This document shows, one piece after another, positions 37,740 through 50,399 of a DNA stretch of 64,000 nucleotides. The notes below the pieces were generated by a model. It worked only from the letters and a program-made list of their open reading frames with translations, searched no databases and had not been told where the DNA came from. This DNA is from Lama guanicoe. Taxonomy: Eukaryota. Within the stretch, counting starts at the first letter, position 1. Each line of letters opens with the position of its first letter. The stretch covers positions 1,486,011-1,550,010 of the forward strand of contig MU054117.1 in NCBI GenBank assembly GCA_013239625.1. Direction: 5' to 3'. A program made the translations under genes and the position numbers.

Positions 37740-39466
37740 AAGAGCAAACTCTAGAAACAGGTGAGAATTTTTAAAGAGCTGGTTCAAGCTGCCTTTTATG
37801 GGCTCCAACAGGAGAAAGCTGCTTTGGGAAAAGTGACCCTTGCCAAGTGCCACCAGGGTAACTTAAGAAGAAAAGCAAATCCCAATGAGCATATTACATT
37901 CGTATAATCACCCCAAATTCAAAGGGAAGTTAGCTTTTCTACTGCCATCCTGTGGAATGAAACACTTACACTTGAGCGGTTGTCCTAAGAACTTACTGGG
38001 GTAACTGCCGGAACTCACTCACTCCCGCAATGGCTGAAAACAAATATAAAGACTATCCAAGAACGACCTCAAACACACCCTGTGTTCTCTGAGCAGCTAG
38101 AACCACCGCGTGAGACCCAGCTCCAGGAACACTACCAAGGGGACAAAGTCGGCTACTCGGTGGTGACGGGCTTCTGAGCGTCTGCGTTGCCACTGACCAA
38201 CTGCCTGGCTCTCTGGTTCGCACACCTGCCACCGCCACCCAAGACTATCCCAGCAAGAAAGTGGGCAGGAGGCTCACCCTTAAGGCACTGGCGCCCTCTC
38301 CTGACCCTTCTGTAGTACTGCATGCACGCCATTTATTGATGTGAAAAACACCAGTGAAGCCATAAATTAATTAAACTGCATTTTCCAGATAATTTTATAT
38401 TTTCAACTCCTTGAATAAACCTTAATTTAGCTTAATAAAAATATTAAAGAGAAGAGCTTCTACATAAAATTTATGCTAATGAAAAGAGAAGCAACGATGT
38501 TCTCTTACCATTTTAATGGTTTACATGTATTAGCTGATTATATTACAAGAATTATGCTGATGCCAATAACTGAGGTGCAGAGACCTTACCATGTGCCAGG
38601 CACTCGGCACAAGCGGACTAGTTCAATGCTAACCACAACCCAACAGAAAGGGCACGCCTCTCCATCTTACAGGCGCGTAAGTGAGGCGTAACGAGCTCAA
38701 GGGACAGGACCGCGGTCCTGCACCTGGTGTAGGCGGCAACACTGAAGTCCAACCTCAGCAGCTGTGACACCGGGGCCAGGGCCTGTTTACACCCAAACAT
38801 CCCTGCAGGCTGGGGAGCTGACATCACGATGAAATGAAACATGATTAAAGTACAAGAAGTGCAAGTCGTAAGGAAAATTAGAGATGTTCTCCAAATCTCT
38901 TAATTTTCAACAGTCTCAGACTGTATAAAAATGAAGCAGTACATGAAATGTTTTGGTCATTTTCTCACTCCTCCTCACTAGAAGGTATGAACTTCTGGGT
39001 CTATGACATTTTTATGCCTTCTTTTTACTACTCATTCCTTTTTTTCATTAAACGGTGCCTTTATTTATCTATTATCTGGTCCTTCAAAAGAAAAGAATGA
39101 TACTACATGCTTTTTTCCTTCCATAAAGCAGAACTTCTTACCCAGTCCTACCTAAACTCTCCATTCCATACGGGTCTGCAGAAAGTATTTTCCTTAAGAC
39201 AGTAAATCCAAATAGACTCCTTTCTTTCTCACTGCAGGTATGACAGACTCCCTTCTGTCTGCAGTTGTTCAGTGTGTCCTTACCTCAAATCAAGGCTGAC
39301 AGATCAGTCTTCTAAGATTTCTAAAAAGGCTAACTTTATTTTCAGACAGGATAGGAAGGCATGTTATTGTCTAATGATCTACAGTTCAAGCGAGATTTAC
39401 CTCGAACATCCTTAGATTCCAGTTTGCCTACGAAAAGCTATTCACAATATCAAAAAGTAAGGACAC

Positions 39467-40011
39467 AGTCCACTGACAGAGGAATGGATAAAGAAGACAC
39501 GGTGTGTATATGCATGAGTGTGTGTATGCGTGTGTGCACACATGCACAATGGAATATTACTCAGCCATAAGAAAGAATGAAATCTATTTGTAGAAGCATG
39601 GCAGACCTAGAGATGATCACACTAAGTACATCAGACAGAGAAAGACAAACACCATATGATACCACTTATTTGCGGAATCTTAAAAAATGACACAAATGAA
39701 CTTATTTACAAAGCAGAAACAGACTCATAGACATAGAAAATAATCTTATGGTCACCAAAGGGGAGAGGGAGGGGACAGATGAGGAGTCTGGGATTGATAG
39801 ATACACACTACTAAATATAAAATAGATAAACAACAAGGTCCCACTATACGGCACAGGGAACTATGTTCAATATCCTGTAATAACATATAATGCAAAAGAT
39901 TCTATTAAAAAATATATACACACACACATACATAAACTGAATCACTTTGTTCTATACCTGAAACTAACACACTGTAACTCAACTATACTTCAAATAAAAA
40001 ATTAAATTAAA
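39467..40011 (+). mobile_element. L1 3' end with TSD
   Basis: 3'UTR motifs and A tail; TSD aaaa(g/t)taaggacac at 39453-39466 and 40012-40025. Confidence 0.9.
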
Positions 40012-40351
40012 AAAATTAAGGACACTTAATAACCCAACACAGGCTGACCAAGCTCACGGCCGTCCAAGACCGCAAGATCTGCCACAGGTGAGAACAAACA
40101 CTTTTACACCTATCTTCTCACTTCATGATGTTAAAGTACACTTAGAAGTACAGGCTTCAAGCCTGAAGCGTCAAAAACACGCATACACCGCACCAGCTTT
40201 AGTGTGTTTGATCCACGAACAGAAGAAACAAGACGGTGGTAGTTAGCCACATTATCCACAGACCCCACATCTCAGCGTGACAGAACGCGCGCAGGTAAAG
40301 CGCAGGAAGAGGCGTCAGGAACCCGCGCCCCGCCGGGCCGAGCGCTCGCAC

Positions 40352-40519
40352 CTCTGTCTGCAGGATGGCGGCCCTCTGCTCCTTGGCGGTCAGCGACTCC
40401 TTCAGCACTTCAATGTGCTGCTTGCTGTCTGAGAACTGGTTCGTGAGCGTTTCCAGCTTTGTCTGCAGGGCCAGCAGCTCCGTGTCCTTCCGGGACAGCT
40501 CCTGCTTCACCTGGCCAAT
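40352..40519 (-). CDS. ERC1: ERC1 exon (~7), 168 nt, IGQVKQELSRK...AAILQTE
   Basis: Overlaps ORF 40199-40510; pyrimidine tract plus CTAG acceptor, GTGCGA donor. Confidence 0.96.
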
Positions 40520-43450
40520 CTAGAGAGGAAACAGGAAAACAGCGTAAAGCCGCCACCTCCGGCCTGAGTCCCTGACGGAGCCGCCGCAAGATGCGCAGCA
40601 TTCAGTTTTGGGCAGGACGTAATTCACCTTTCTGCATCATCTAATCTTAGACAACCACTCCTCCCCACGGCCCGCCACCCCTGAGAAAGCTTATTCAGCC
40701 AACAGCACAGTTTCCAGTGTTCACCTGTTGTGTCTCCTAGGCACTTCGAAATCCCTTAGGAAAGGAATGGAAGCAGAGAGACCCCAACGCACTTGAGATG
40801 ACTATGAGCCAGCAGGAAGCACCTGGGCTGGAACACCTTCACCTTGTTAAGTCATAATAAACGTCACAACACAAAGCAGGATCAGAGGAGATGGAACGCA
40901 GAGAGAAAAGCAGAAACTTCCTGGATTGCTCTTTAAATTCAAAAGCTGCTGCTCTGCTTGTCTTTTTCATTCTCAAATGAAAGCTTACATGAAGTTTTCA
41001 CCTTGAGAAGCCGTTTCAGTGTCACAAGGCAGTATAAACATGTGCTTTTAAAAAAATCCTCTAGTTCTGATGAGTTAGGGGTATTGACCCAAAAAAAGAT
41101 CCCACCTCCAAAGTTTGTATCGTCTACAGCATGTCAGGCTCAACTACTTGGATGAAAGTACACAACCTAAATAGAGACTGCGTAAAACCTGACTCTCTAG
41201 ACTCCGCATGTGGACTCTTGACAGAGTGGGCCGTCAGTCAGCAGGTGCCGCCTGGTCCTCTATACATCCTTCTCACCTTCACTTAGAAAACACTTTATTT
41301 CAAACTTCTCCTTTTACATTTCTACTGTGTTTCTAAGAACTTTTAGTCTTTTACTCCGAATGTACGCCAGATCAGCAGAAATCAGATCAGCTTCCACACT
41401 GCAAGGTAGCTGTGCACTAAAGTAAAGGTTAATTATTCAAACTATGCATTTTACAAGAAGTCACTTTCAGGGCAAAAAATTTCTTTCAGTACCACTGATG
41501 AAGCAAAAAGTACTTTTTTTAAACTGAAAGTATCTAAAGTATTTTAACGGTAATCATCTAAGGCGTAAGGGACGAAGCTTTTGAGAACAGTTTCCCACGA
41601 GGAAGTAAGAAATAAATTTTACTTTAATTAAAATCAGATGTTTAAGGAGCACTAAAAATAAAGCTCTAGCTTACTCTTTTGTCTCAGAAAGACGACAAGC
41701 ACTTTTCTCACATGAATGAAATCTCTGTTTACAGATGTAATCACTCATTCCTTCAACAATTACTCCTGTGTGCTCCCTGCACTAAGAGCACCAGTGGATG
41801 GCAACTGTAAACAGCAGTCGTCTCCACCCTGCAATACAGCCACGCGCCCGGCAGAGACCGCAGACTCCAACGGTGCAGCGTCCTTCAAGGCACCCCTCCA
41901 CCAGCAGAAAGCACACACTGTATTATTCCACCCCTAACACACGGGATGCACTAAAAGCGCACTTGTTGTGTGAATGAATATTCAGGAGAAACAAACGTTC
42001 AAAATGTTCTCACTTCATCAGCTAAAGAACACGGCTTAAAGATTCCTCACACTTCCAGCCACCTCTGATCATGTGATCCAACGCAAACATAAAGCCTCAG
42101 TTTCCCCACCACCTGCACCATTAAATAATCTTCAAATGACACTATGTTGATCATACAGCCTGAGAGAGAGAAGAAAATGCTCTAAATGGGAAGCAGAGTT
42201 CAGAAGCGCAAATTTTCCTTAAAAGTTAGGAGCGTAACGCTTTGGAGTCAATCACTGTGAAGACGAGTGACTTCTGGAGTAACCACCTCTCTAAGCCTTG
42301 GCTTCCTAATCAGCCAGAGGGAGAAAGCAAAACCAGTGCCACTGTGCTGTGTGCAGACTGTTGTTTGACACAGAAAGAAATCAACAACCGTAGCGGAGAA
42401 AAGTTACAGAGCACCTTCTCCTCTGGACAACACACGTGTACCACAAACCAAGCTGGACCCCTTCAGACAAAATATCTCACTCTTATCTACACTATAAAAT
42501 GGGCCCATAAACAGCAAACACATCGAATCAGCACAAGGTTTTTTTTTCAAATGCTGCATTCCAGTCTTATCCCATCATTATTTTCAGAAGCAGTTTTTCC
42601 CGACACTGCGGGGGACTAACGTGTGCACGGCCCAGGGCAGGGCAGTGGAGTGGACAGCTTACCAGCACCAGTTCCGGAACCAGATGGCTTGTGTAAAAAT
42701 CAAACTCTGCCTCTTACTAGCCATGCTTCCTGAGCGCTACTGTGTCGCCTCAGTTTCCCTGCCCATAAATTGGGTCAATACCATACCTACCTTGGGAGGT
42801 TATAGAAGTGTTAGCTATGTTATTATTATTTGATTACAGTGTGAAATGGAATTTCAAGTTCTTTAGACAACAGACTGAACTAGATTTGGAGGCTTCAAGA
42901 TTCATGCTACTTCTAACTTACTAGATAACTCTGTATAAGCTAATCACTTTCTATACATCTGTCCTAAAGAAAGTAAAATGTGTTGCAGAATCACCTCTGG
43001 GGATTTAAAAATGATGTCTACCTATGAAGATGAAACACTTTACTCAAGAAATCAAATCCAAACAAACACTGGGTGGTGGACCTAGAACACCTGCGTATTC
43101 TTTGTACCTAAGAAGAAAGAGAGACCGTTCATATAAATCAACGAATATCCAGGAACAGGAAAGGAGTTGAGGAAGAAACCAGGCTTTGAAGGACCATCCA
43201 CAGGGTGACAAGAGCGACAAGAAAGAACCAGGCACAGGGCTTCCAGAGCGTGAGGGCTCACTGCACACGAGGCGATACGCGGTCGAACCGGTGGACAGGG
43301 GTCGGTTAAAGAGCAGAGCAGGCCGGTTAGTGCGAGGGTGGGGCAAAGCTGCCAGCCACAGAGGATGGACGCGTGAGCCCCCAGAAGCAGCGCCAGCAGG
43401 GTCCCGCTGCGGGGTCGCTGCCCGCACAGAGCGCATCTTACGGCAGAGAC

Positions 43451-43534
43451 CTCGGCCTGCAGACCAGCCGTTCTCTTTCTCAGCTCCTCCCCTTGAGCCT
43501 CTTTGGAACTTAGCTCCTCCTTCAGTTGCTCTAC
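43451..43534 (-). CDS. ERC1: ERC1 cassette-type exon (~6), 84 nt, VEQLKEELSSKEAQGEELRKRTAGLQAE
   Basis: Within ORF 43082-43546; matches the optional 28-aa ELKS1 segment; both splice sites weak (purine-rich acceptor, GTCTCT donor), with an alternative donor ending at 43442. Confidence 0.88.
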
Positions 43535-44014
43535 CTGCCACGACATTGTTATTCCTTTTCACTTATATGTCAGCTGAGGTCTTCTTATGACCTGCTTTTG
43601 AGCCAGAGCAGTAACTGGAAATAACAATAACACATCACACAGTCAGATCTGTTCCCCTGACGCCCTCTTCAAAGGCCCCTCGCGGTTTCTCTGTTTCACA
43701 GGGTTTTTTAAATGGACTGGAATGTGCTTATCAGCAAATGGGAAGCAGAGATTATATGCTACTTTGTTCTCAAATTAGAGTGAAAAATCAAAACTAACAC
43801 TAAGTTGGATATGTGGATTTTTTTCCCTCTAAAAGTGACAAGAAATTGGCTGCAGTCACTGATAGCAGACCCCTAACCTCATAGAGGAGTATCCCACTGG
43901 CTTCCATGCAGCCGTGGGCGTCACAGCCAGAAGCCAGAAACCGGAGAGGGAGTCACCACTGGGGCGTTAAAGACACAGCGTCCACTTCGGAGAAGCCGGG
44001 GCACTGACACGGCT

Positions 44015-44041
44015 GGGACTGGGGCGGGGCGGGGGTGAGGG
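44015..44041 (+). promoter_or_regulatory. Overlapping GC boxes / G-quadruplex motif
   Basis: gggactggggcggggcgggggtgaggg: five G-runs of 3 or more and GGGGCGGGGC. Confidence 0.45.
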
Positions 44042-44783
44042 AACACTTATTTTCAAGCTAGTATTTTATAACTGAAACTATTATCTTTAATTAAAACACT
44101 ACAAATTTGATAAACTGGTAACGGTAATAAACTAAATCCTTCAGTTTGCCTAAAACCGTCTACAGGATCAAGCTAAATGCCCCTGGATCTCAGGAGGGAA
44201 TCCTGTGACTGCGGTCCTCAGTACAGACCGAACGTCTCAGCGGCGCCGCCTCCCTGCACAGACACCAAAGCGCACGTGGGCGACAACGAGCCCCACACAG
44301 GGACCTTCGCCAGGGGAGGGCGCGAAGGGCTTTCCTTTACAGAGCTGTGTTTGAAGGGAAAAGACAATTTTATTTACGACACTTCGGGGGATAAAAGGGA
44401 GGAGGCAGGTTCAGCCTCAGGATTCTGACTTCTAGAGTATTTCACTGGAGGTAGGGAACGTGACGTTTCATATAGTGAGAAAAACTCATCTGGACGGAAT
44501 TCCACTGACGGCCTCAGCAGCACTGACAGGTATGAAATGTGCAGCTGTGACAGTGCGTATGGAAGCCTCATACAGGTAACTTTAAGTGAAATCTGAAACA
44601 ACTATATAATACGAGTAATTCTAACTTTAATTCTGGGGACGTTCTGTTCGGAAGAATTATATCACAAGAATTCCTCCCTGAAGCCTGATAAAAAACCAGG
44701 TGAAGTCCCTCATCACTAAGAAGCAGGGATATGCGTCAACCTTTCGAACCCCTTTTAAAAATTACGGCGTCAGACACCATTAC

Positions 44784-44939
44784 CTTATTCTTCATGAATT
44801 TAGAATGGCTCCGATAGACCTCCATCTGCTTCATTTCCTCCTCCCGCTCTTCAGTACTCAGAGCCCCGTTCGATTTCAGCATCTGAATTTCCTCTTCCAA
44901 GTCTCGGAGCCCACGCTCCATAGAGGAAATTTTTGAATC
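44784..44939 (-). CDS. ERC1: ERC1 exon (~5), 156 nt, DSKISSMERG...KFMKNK
   Basis: Overlaps ORF 44736-44921; CTCAG acceptor, GTAATG donor. Confidence 0.96.
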
Positions 44940-45498
44940 CTGAGGACAATGGGAGATTGAGACGTTAACGTTTTCTCAAAAAAGCAGAGCGGGTGAACAA
45001 GCCTGTCTCTATGGATATTAAACTTAATAAAGATAAGCAAATATGTGGAAAAACTGCAGCTGGAACCTTGCTTCTAACACACATCCTTCATGGCCATTTG
45101 GGTGAGAGGAGGAGGAGGACTCAGATCTACAACATGATTTTTCCTCTATCCCTTCCTCTGCACCTTTTGATGAAAGCTGAGCGTATTAACTAAAGCAGTA
45201 GAAGCAATGGAAAACTAGCTAAAGTTTCTCAGTACTTTATGGCCAACAAATTTCTAGTGAAAAATTTTGCATATTAACAGTAATAAAATCTTCTCTAGCT
45301 ATAATATTTTAACACTTTACATGATGACTCTTAAAAGCTTTATTTCTGCCCCAAGAGGAGTGGGGAGCAGGGTAAGAGCATTTCAAAGACTTGCACAGTG
45401 ATGTGCGTAACTGTACCGGCGGCAGTAAAGCTCTGACAGCACCCGCCGCGGGAAAGGAAAGGCGTGAAGAATCACATTGACGGTCACGGTTTATCCTT

Positions 45499-46323
45499 CA
45501 GTGGTCCTGCCTTATCTGCGGTTTTGCTGTCTGTGGTTTCAGTCACCCAAGGTCAACTGAGGTCCAAAAATATCACAGGGAACATTCCAGAAATAAACAG
45601 CTCATGGGTTTTAAACTGCGCAACATGATGAAATCTCACCCCAGCCCACCCTGTCACACGCAGGACGTGAGTCACCCCTTTGTCCGGCATGTCCTGCCGC
45701 TGGTCACCTAGCAGCTGTCTCAGTTGTGAGAGGGACCATCCTGGCATCACAGCACTGTGTTCAGGTGACCTCTGTGTTACTTAGCACTGTCCCCAACGCA
45801 AAGGAATGGTGACACTAGCAATACACATTTGCTGAGGAGAAGCCGCAAAGCGCTTCTTCTAAGGGAAAAGGCAAGAGCTCTCACTAAGGAAAGAAAAACA
45901 AGCACATGCTGGGGTCGCTGAGATCCACGGTCAGAACAGACCTTCCGTCAGTGAAACTGTGATGAGGGGAAAGGAAATTTGTTCTAGTTCGGCTCTTGCA
46001 CCTCAAACTGCAGAAGTTAAGGCCACAGTGAATGGTAAGTGCTCAGTTAAGATGGGAAAGGCATTAGATTTGTACAATAAGATACTGAGAGAGAGAAAAA
46101 GAGATTCTTCATATAACTTTTATTACAGTATAGTGTTGTAACTGTTCTATTTTATTATTAATTATTGTAGTTAATCCCTTACACTGTGCCTGATTTATAA
46201 ACTAAACCTTATCACAGGTATGTATGTAGACACACACACACACACACAGGGTTTGGTACTATCCATGGTTTCAAGCATCCACCGAGGGTCTAGGAACGTA
46301 TCCCCTGCAGACGAGGGGCAGTA
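45499..46323 (+). mobile_element. MER44 (Tigger7-derived) non-autonomous DNA transposon
   Basis: Start cagtggtcctgccttatctgcgg...ttccagaaataaacag and end ggtttggtactatccatggtttcaagcatcc...ggaacgtatcccctgcag match the MER44 termini from memory. Confidence 0.85.
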
Positions 46324-47234
46324 TGGGATTAGTCATCTTACTTGTTCACTACACTTCACCATGCCTTTGAAACATTTCACATTAATTTTTAAAAAGAAAC
46401 ATCACTGTCCTTGAAAGTCAGCATCACCACAAACACCACTCCTGGTGCACCCTTCTACACTCATCTTCTTGGCTTTGTCCATCACAGTGCCTAGCATATC
46501 CCCAGGTGACTTCAGATGTCATCAATTACAGAAAAGCTACACAGAATGGACACTTTCACACCCGCAGCTGTGTGTGCTTATTCACCTAAGAAATAGAGCC
46601 CTTAAAGGGCACAGATTAAGTACAGACTCATTTTATCTGGGATTCTAGAGACACCATCCCTTCGGGGAGAAAGTTTGAGCCTGACTTCCTCTCGTTCACT
46701 TGACCTCGAGGATGTCTTGACTGACGTTCCTTGCCAGCACAGTTCTGAGAGCACGCAGACAAGAGGGAAAGGGTTCACGCAAGACAATCACAACTGCTTT
46801 TAGGTTTGGGGGGGCGGGGCTGTACTCCTCTGACTTGCGTTGGCTTCGCTTTAAAAATAACACAGCAAAAAACTTCTTTTACAAATCTATTCAAATGAAA
46901 TTTACATTTGGTTCAAAATTAAACACATTAAATTAATACAACCAGAGACATTCTAATCTAAACCAAGATTTTGACTTCCTCGTTTAAAATTATCCCGGCA
47001 CATAAAGAATAAACAAACTACTTCAACGCACCGAGTGAAAATTCACTTTTAAGATTCCTATGAATCTCCCCGGAAATGTCAGGATGCGGAGCCAAACTTC
47101 TTAAGGGACATGAAGAGGTTAGAGAGAAACAGAGAGGGAGGGGGGAGCAGGGGCGGGGGTCCCTGTCTCCAAGTCTTCCAGCTTTTGTACGAAAGCACAC
47201 GTTGTTAATAAAGCAGCAGCAGCAGGAGCAGCTA

Positions 47235-47470
47235 CCGCTGCGTGTTTCCTCCGCGCCAGGTCCTGCTTAAGGGGTTCTACTTGTTTTAACTAATTGAAAC
47301 CACAAACCAACCCGCAGGATGGGTGCCATTTTTATCACCACTTCTCAGGAAAGAAACTGAGGCACCGAGAGGCTAGGTTCCTTGCTCTGTGCCGCACACC
47401 TGACTAAGTGAAGCCAGACTCTGAATCCGGGGAACTTAACTCAGAAGGCAAGCTCAACTCAGTCACCAAC
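47235..47470. mobile_element. MIR
   Basis: Core gaaactgaggcaccgagaggctaggttccttgc. Confidence 0.7.
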
Positions 47471-47526
47471 CGCCTTGGCTAACGTCCCTGCAGCCTAAAG
47501 ATTTCTAACTGTTCAGTAACTGAAAG

Positions 47527-48111
47527 CAGAGGTTTTCAAAGTCTGGTCCATGGAACCCTGGGGGTGCCTCCTAGCTGTGCCGAGAAGTCAAAGCTATTTT
47601 CCTAACAGTCTGTGACTCTGTGTGCCTTTCCCACTGTGGTAACACTTGCACCAAAGGTACAAAAGGCAGGCAGAGGGGCTCGGGCCTTAGGGCGGCACCA
47701 ACTGCACCAAGCAGCCAGCAGCCCCTGTGCTCTCCAGTGTCGGCCCACAGGAAAAACAAAGAAAAAGAAGGAAGAAAAATGTTAAAACACTGCTTCACCG
47801 AAGAATGTCGTTGGCGACTTTATCACTTTTGCTATGTGGCACCCTTGGGTACATGTTTTCAACACTGTGTGAGGGACCGGGAAGGCGCCAGGCGCCTCTC
47901 TGCGGCGGAGGTGGCCCTGCCCCCGGGACAGCACCTGGGGCGCCTCGAGCTGCCAGCTGCATCAGCACGTTTTTCATGGAGCCCGAGTCTTACTCGAGAG
48001 GAGGACTGGCGGACGGACTTAATATTTGGCAGGCATTTTCTTGAAAATAAATGAAATGAGTCACTTTAAGAGAATAGGGGGTCCTGAGATCAAAAGGTCT
48101 GAGGACATCTG
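47527..48111 (+). mobile_element. hAT-Charlie (Charlie1-like) internally deleted fossil
   Basis: TIR-like ends cagaggttttcaaagt and ctgaggacatctg; internal ttttcatgga...atatttggcaggcattttcttgaaaat. Confidence 0.7.
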
Positions 48112-48278
48112 ATTTCGAGAAATGCGGGACAAAAGGAAATGAAACTGAAGTTCTTCCAACGCGTCATCTTCATTAAGTCTTCCTGCTGCTTCTCAGGCCA
48201 CAGAAGGAGGGAACCCCCTTCTAAGACTCACACAAGAGGGTGCGACCACCTGAGAGCCTCCGTCAGGCTCCCACTCAC

Positions 48279-48353
48279 CTTCATCTCGATAACCGTTTGC
48301 AGAGCCTTCGTTTTGGCAGAGTCGGGGGCGTTCTCAAATCTCCGATGCATCTC
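48279..48353 (-). CDS. ERC1: ERC1 exon (~4), 75 nt, EMHRRFENAPDSAKTKALQTVIEMK
   Basis: Translated by hand (not in this frame in the ORF track); TGTGCAG acceptor, GTGAGT donor; continues the ERC1 peptide. Confidence 0.95.
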
Positions 48354-49557
48354 CTGCACAAGAGAAGCAGAAGGAGAGTAAGCGTCCTCCTTTTCACAAG
48401 GCAAGGGGAGTGGGCAGCAGCTGCGTGCAAAGGGTGATCACCCCAGCCTCGTGAGACACGACCGCTTTCTGTCTCCCTGACCTTCCCGTGTGGATCAGGA
48501 AACCCACAGGCGGCACTCGGACCAAGGGGCACGGGGGGAGGGGTCCCTGTCTCCGAACACCTAGTTACGTGCAAGGAGGCAGGCAGACGCCGCGGCCACC
48601 GCAGGGGAAGCTAGGCACACGCCCAGCCTGGCGCATCGCTCTTGCTGTGCTATGACTGGGAGACGGACAACCAGAACCCCAGCAACCCAGAAGGGGGGTC
48701 AGGCACAGCCCCTCTGTAGGAGGAGAAAGCAAAGCAGCCACGGTCCGCACTGCGTGGAGCCGCGGAGAGCACCGTGCCCTCAGCTCCCGCCCGCGGCCCC
48801 CAGCACCTGGCTGCCCGGGAGGGAAGCTCTCTCCACAGGGGCTACGACGATCAGAATGAAAAAGAATGTAAGACTGTTGAACGAGTTCCCTAAAGAGTCC
48901 ATGTTTAGCAAGTGTCAGAAAAACGTAGCTTTCTTTTTATCCAAACGTCAGTCAGTTCAGGGTCAGGAAAATAAAGGAGACGGTAGAACACACAGCCAGC
49001 GTCTTCAGGGACCACCCGGAGTCACCAGACCCCCTCAGGCTATTCCCTCGTCAGATTCTGGGGAGTCTCTGAATCAGTCAGCGCTTCCACGGTCCCCGGT
49101 GACCGCAGAGCGCACAGACGGATACTCTCCCTCTGAGCAGCGCTCGACGCTTCCGTTGCACCTGCCGCCTAATTTAGTCATTCTTGCCTGACCAGGAAAA
49201 ATGGTTTGAGAGAAACAGAAAACAGAAGCACAAACTTCACTGAGTCCTCTTCCTGACATGATGTGACAAAAGTTCTAAATTATAAACAGTCGACAGTTTA
49301 AATACCAGTCATGTCTGAGCATCCACGCTTCCCGTCTGAGCTGACACTGCGACACAAACCACTGACTGCCCAGCGCCCCCTCCGCCACCTCCCTCCCCGA
49401 CTCCAGCCTTAAACACTCCCCCCACCCCCCAGCCCGCATCCCACCCACACACTGTGTGTAATAAACACCTCAAACTCTGCCCACTCTGGGCTAAGCTCCT
49501 GGTGGGGCCCCCAAGCCTGCTCCATCCTCCCAGTAACTCCAGTCAAAAACCCACGAG

Positions 49558-49711
49558 AACCTCTAACGGAAAAGATGAAAAGGAACATACGTTATGTACG
49601 TGTATGACTGAAACACGGTGCTGTGCGCCAGAAACTGACACAGCACTGTAAAATGGCTACACTTCAACTAGAAACAACAACAACAACAACAACAAAAACA
49701 AAACAAAAAAC
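49558..49711 (+). mobile_element. Short L1 3' end with (CAA)n tail, inside an L2-like region
   Basis: Homologous to 37620-37739; the A tail has become a microsatellite. Confidence 0.75.
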
Positions 49712-50399
49712 TATGAACCTTCTTTCTCTTTCAAACTCCAGCCAACCAGTCGGGAAATCCAGTCAGTTCTACCTTCAGCACACATTCAAAATGCAAGAGC
49801 TTTTTACCACCTCCACGGCTACCACCTGGGGCGAGCCACTAACAAACAGGCACCTTTTGCCGCAACCGCCACCTCCTACCCAGGCCCTGCAGGCCCCAGC
49901 AGAACGCTCAGTGACCCTTTTAAACGCGAATCTGGCTGGCCTCACCACCCCCTGCTCCAACCCTGTCGTGGCTCCCCCAGTGACTCTGAGCCTGCCAGAC
50001 CTTGTCTCTGCCACTCCGCCCTCTGTCCCCACGCGGCAGCCACACGGGGCTCCCTGCGGCCCAGCAGCCAGGCCCGCAGCCTCCTCATTGCTCCAGATGC
50101 TCCTAAACGTTCTGCCTCAACGTCTGTCCCGTCAAGCCCTGGGTCCGACGTCTCTGACACCAGCAGGACCGGTAGCTGCGACCATGGCGCTGGTTATGCA
50201 GGAGGCCGTCCACCTGTTTCAGAGCTGCACACTAGAGCCTGCAAGTGTCACGTCTGTAAGTGACAGCGTGTCAGGGATGGGCTTTAAGATCTATGATGAA
50301 GAAAAGAAGTGTAAGTTTAAAGTTTTTCATAAAAAACAGAGTAATGTTTAATATTCTTAGTATGACCTACCCTACTTTACACCTGAAAACTGAAAGAAT

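Noticed and set aside
43905..43910. Single RBFOX TGCATG element upstream of exon 6
   Set aside because: One hexamer about 370 nt away is expected by chance
49623..50351. 242-aa plus-strand ORF
   Set aside because: Starts at a non-ATG codon, runs through an L1 tail, (CAA)n and C-rich L2-like sequence; no recognisable domain
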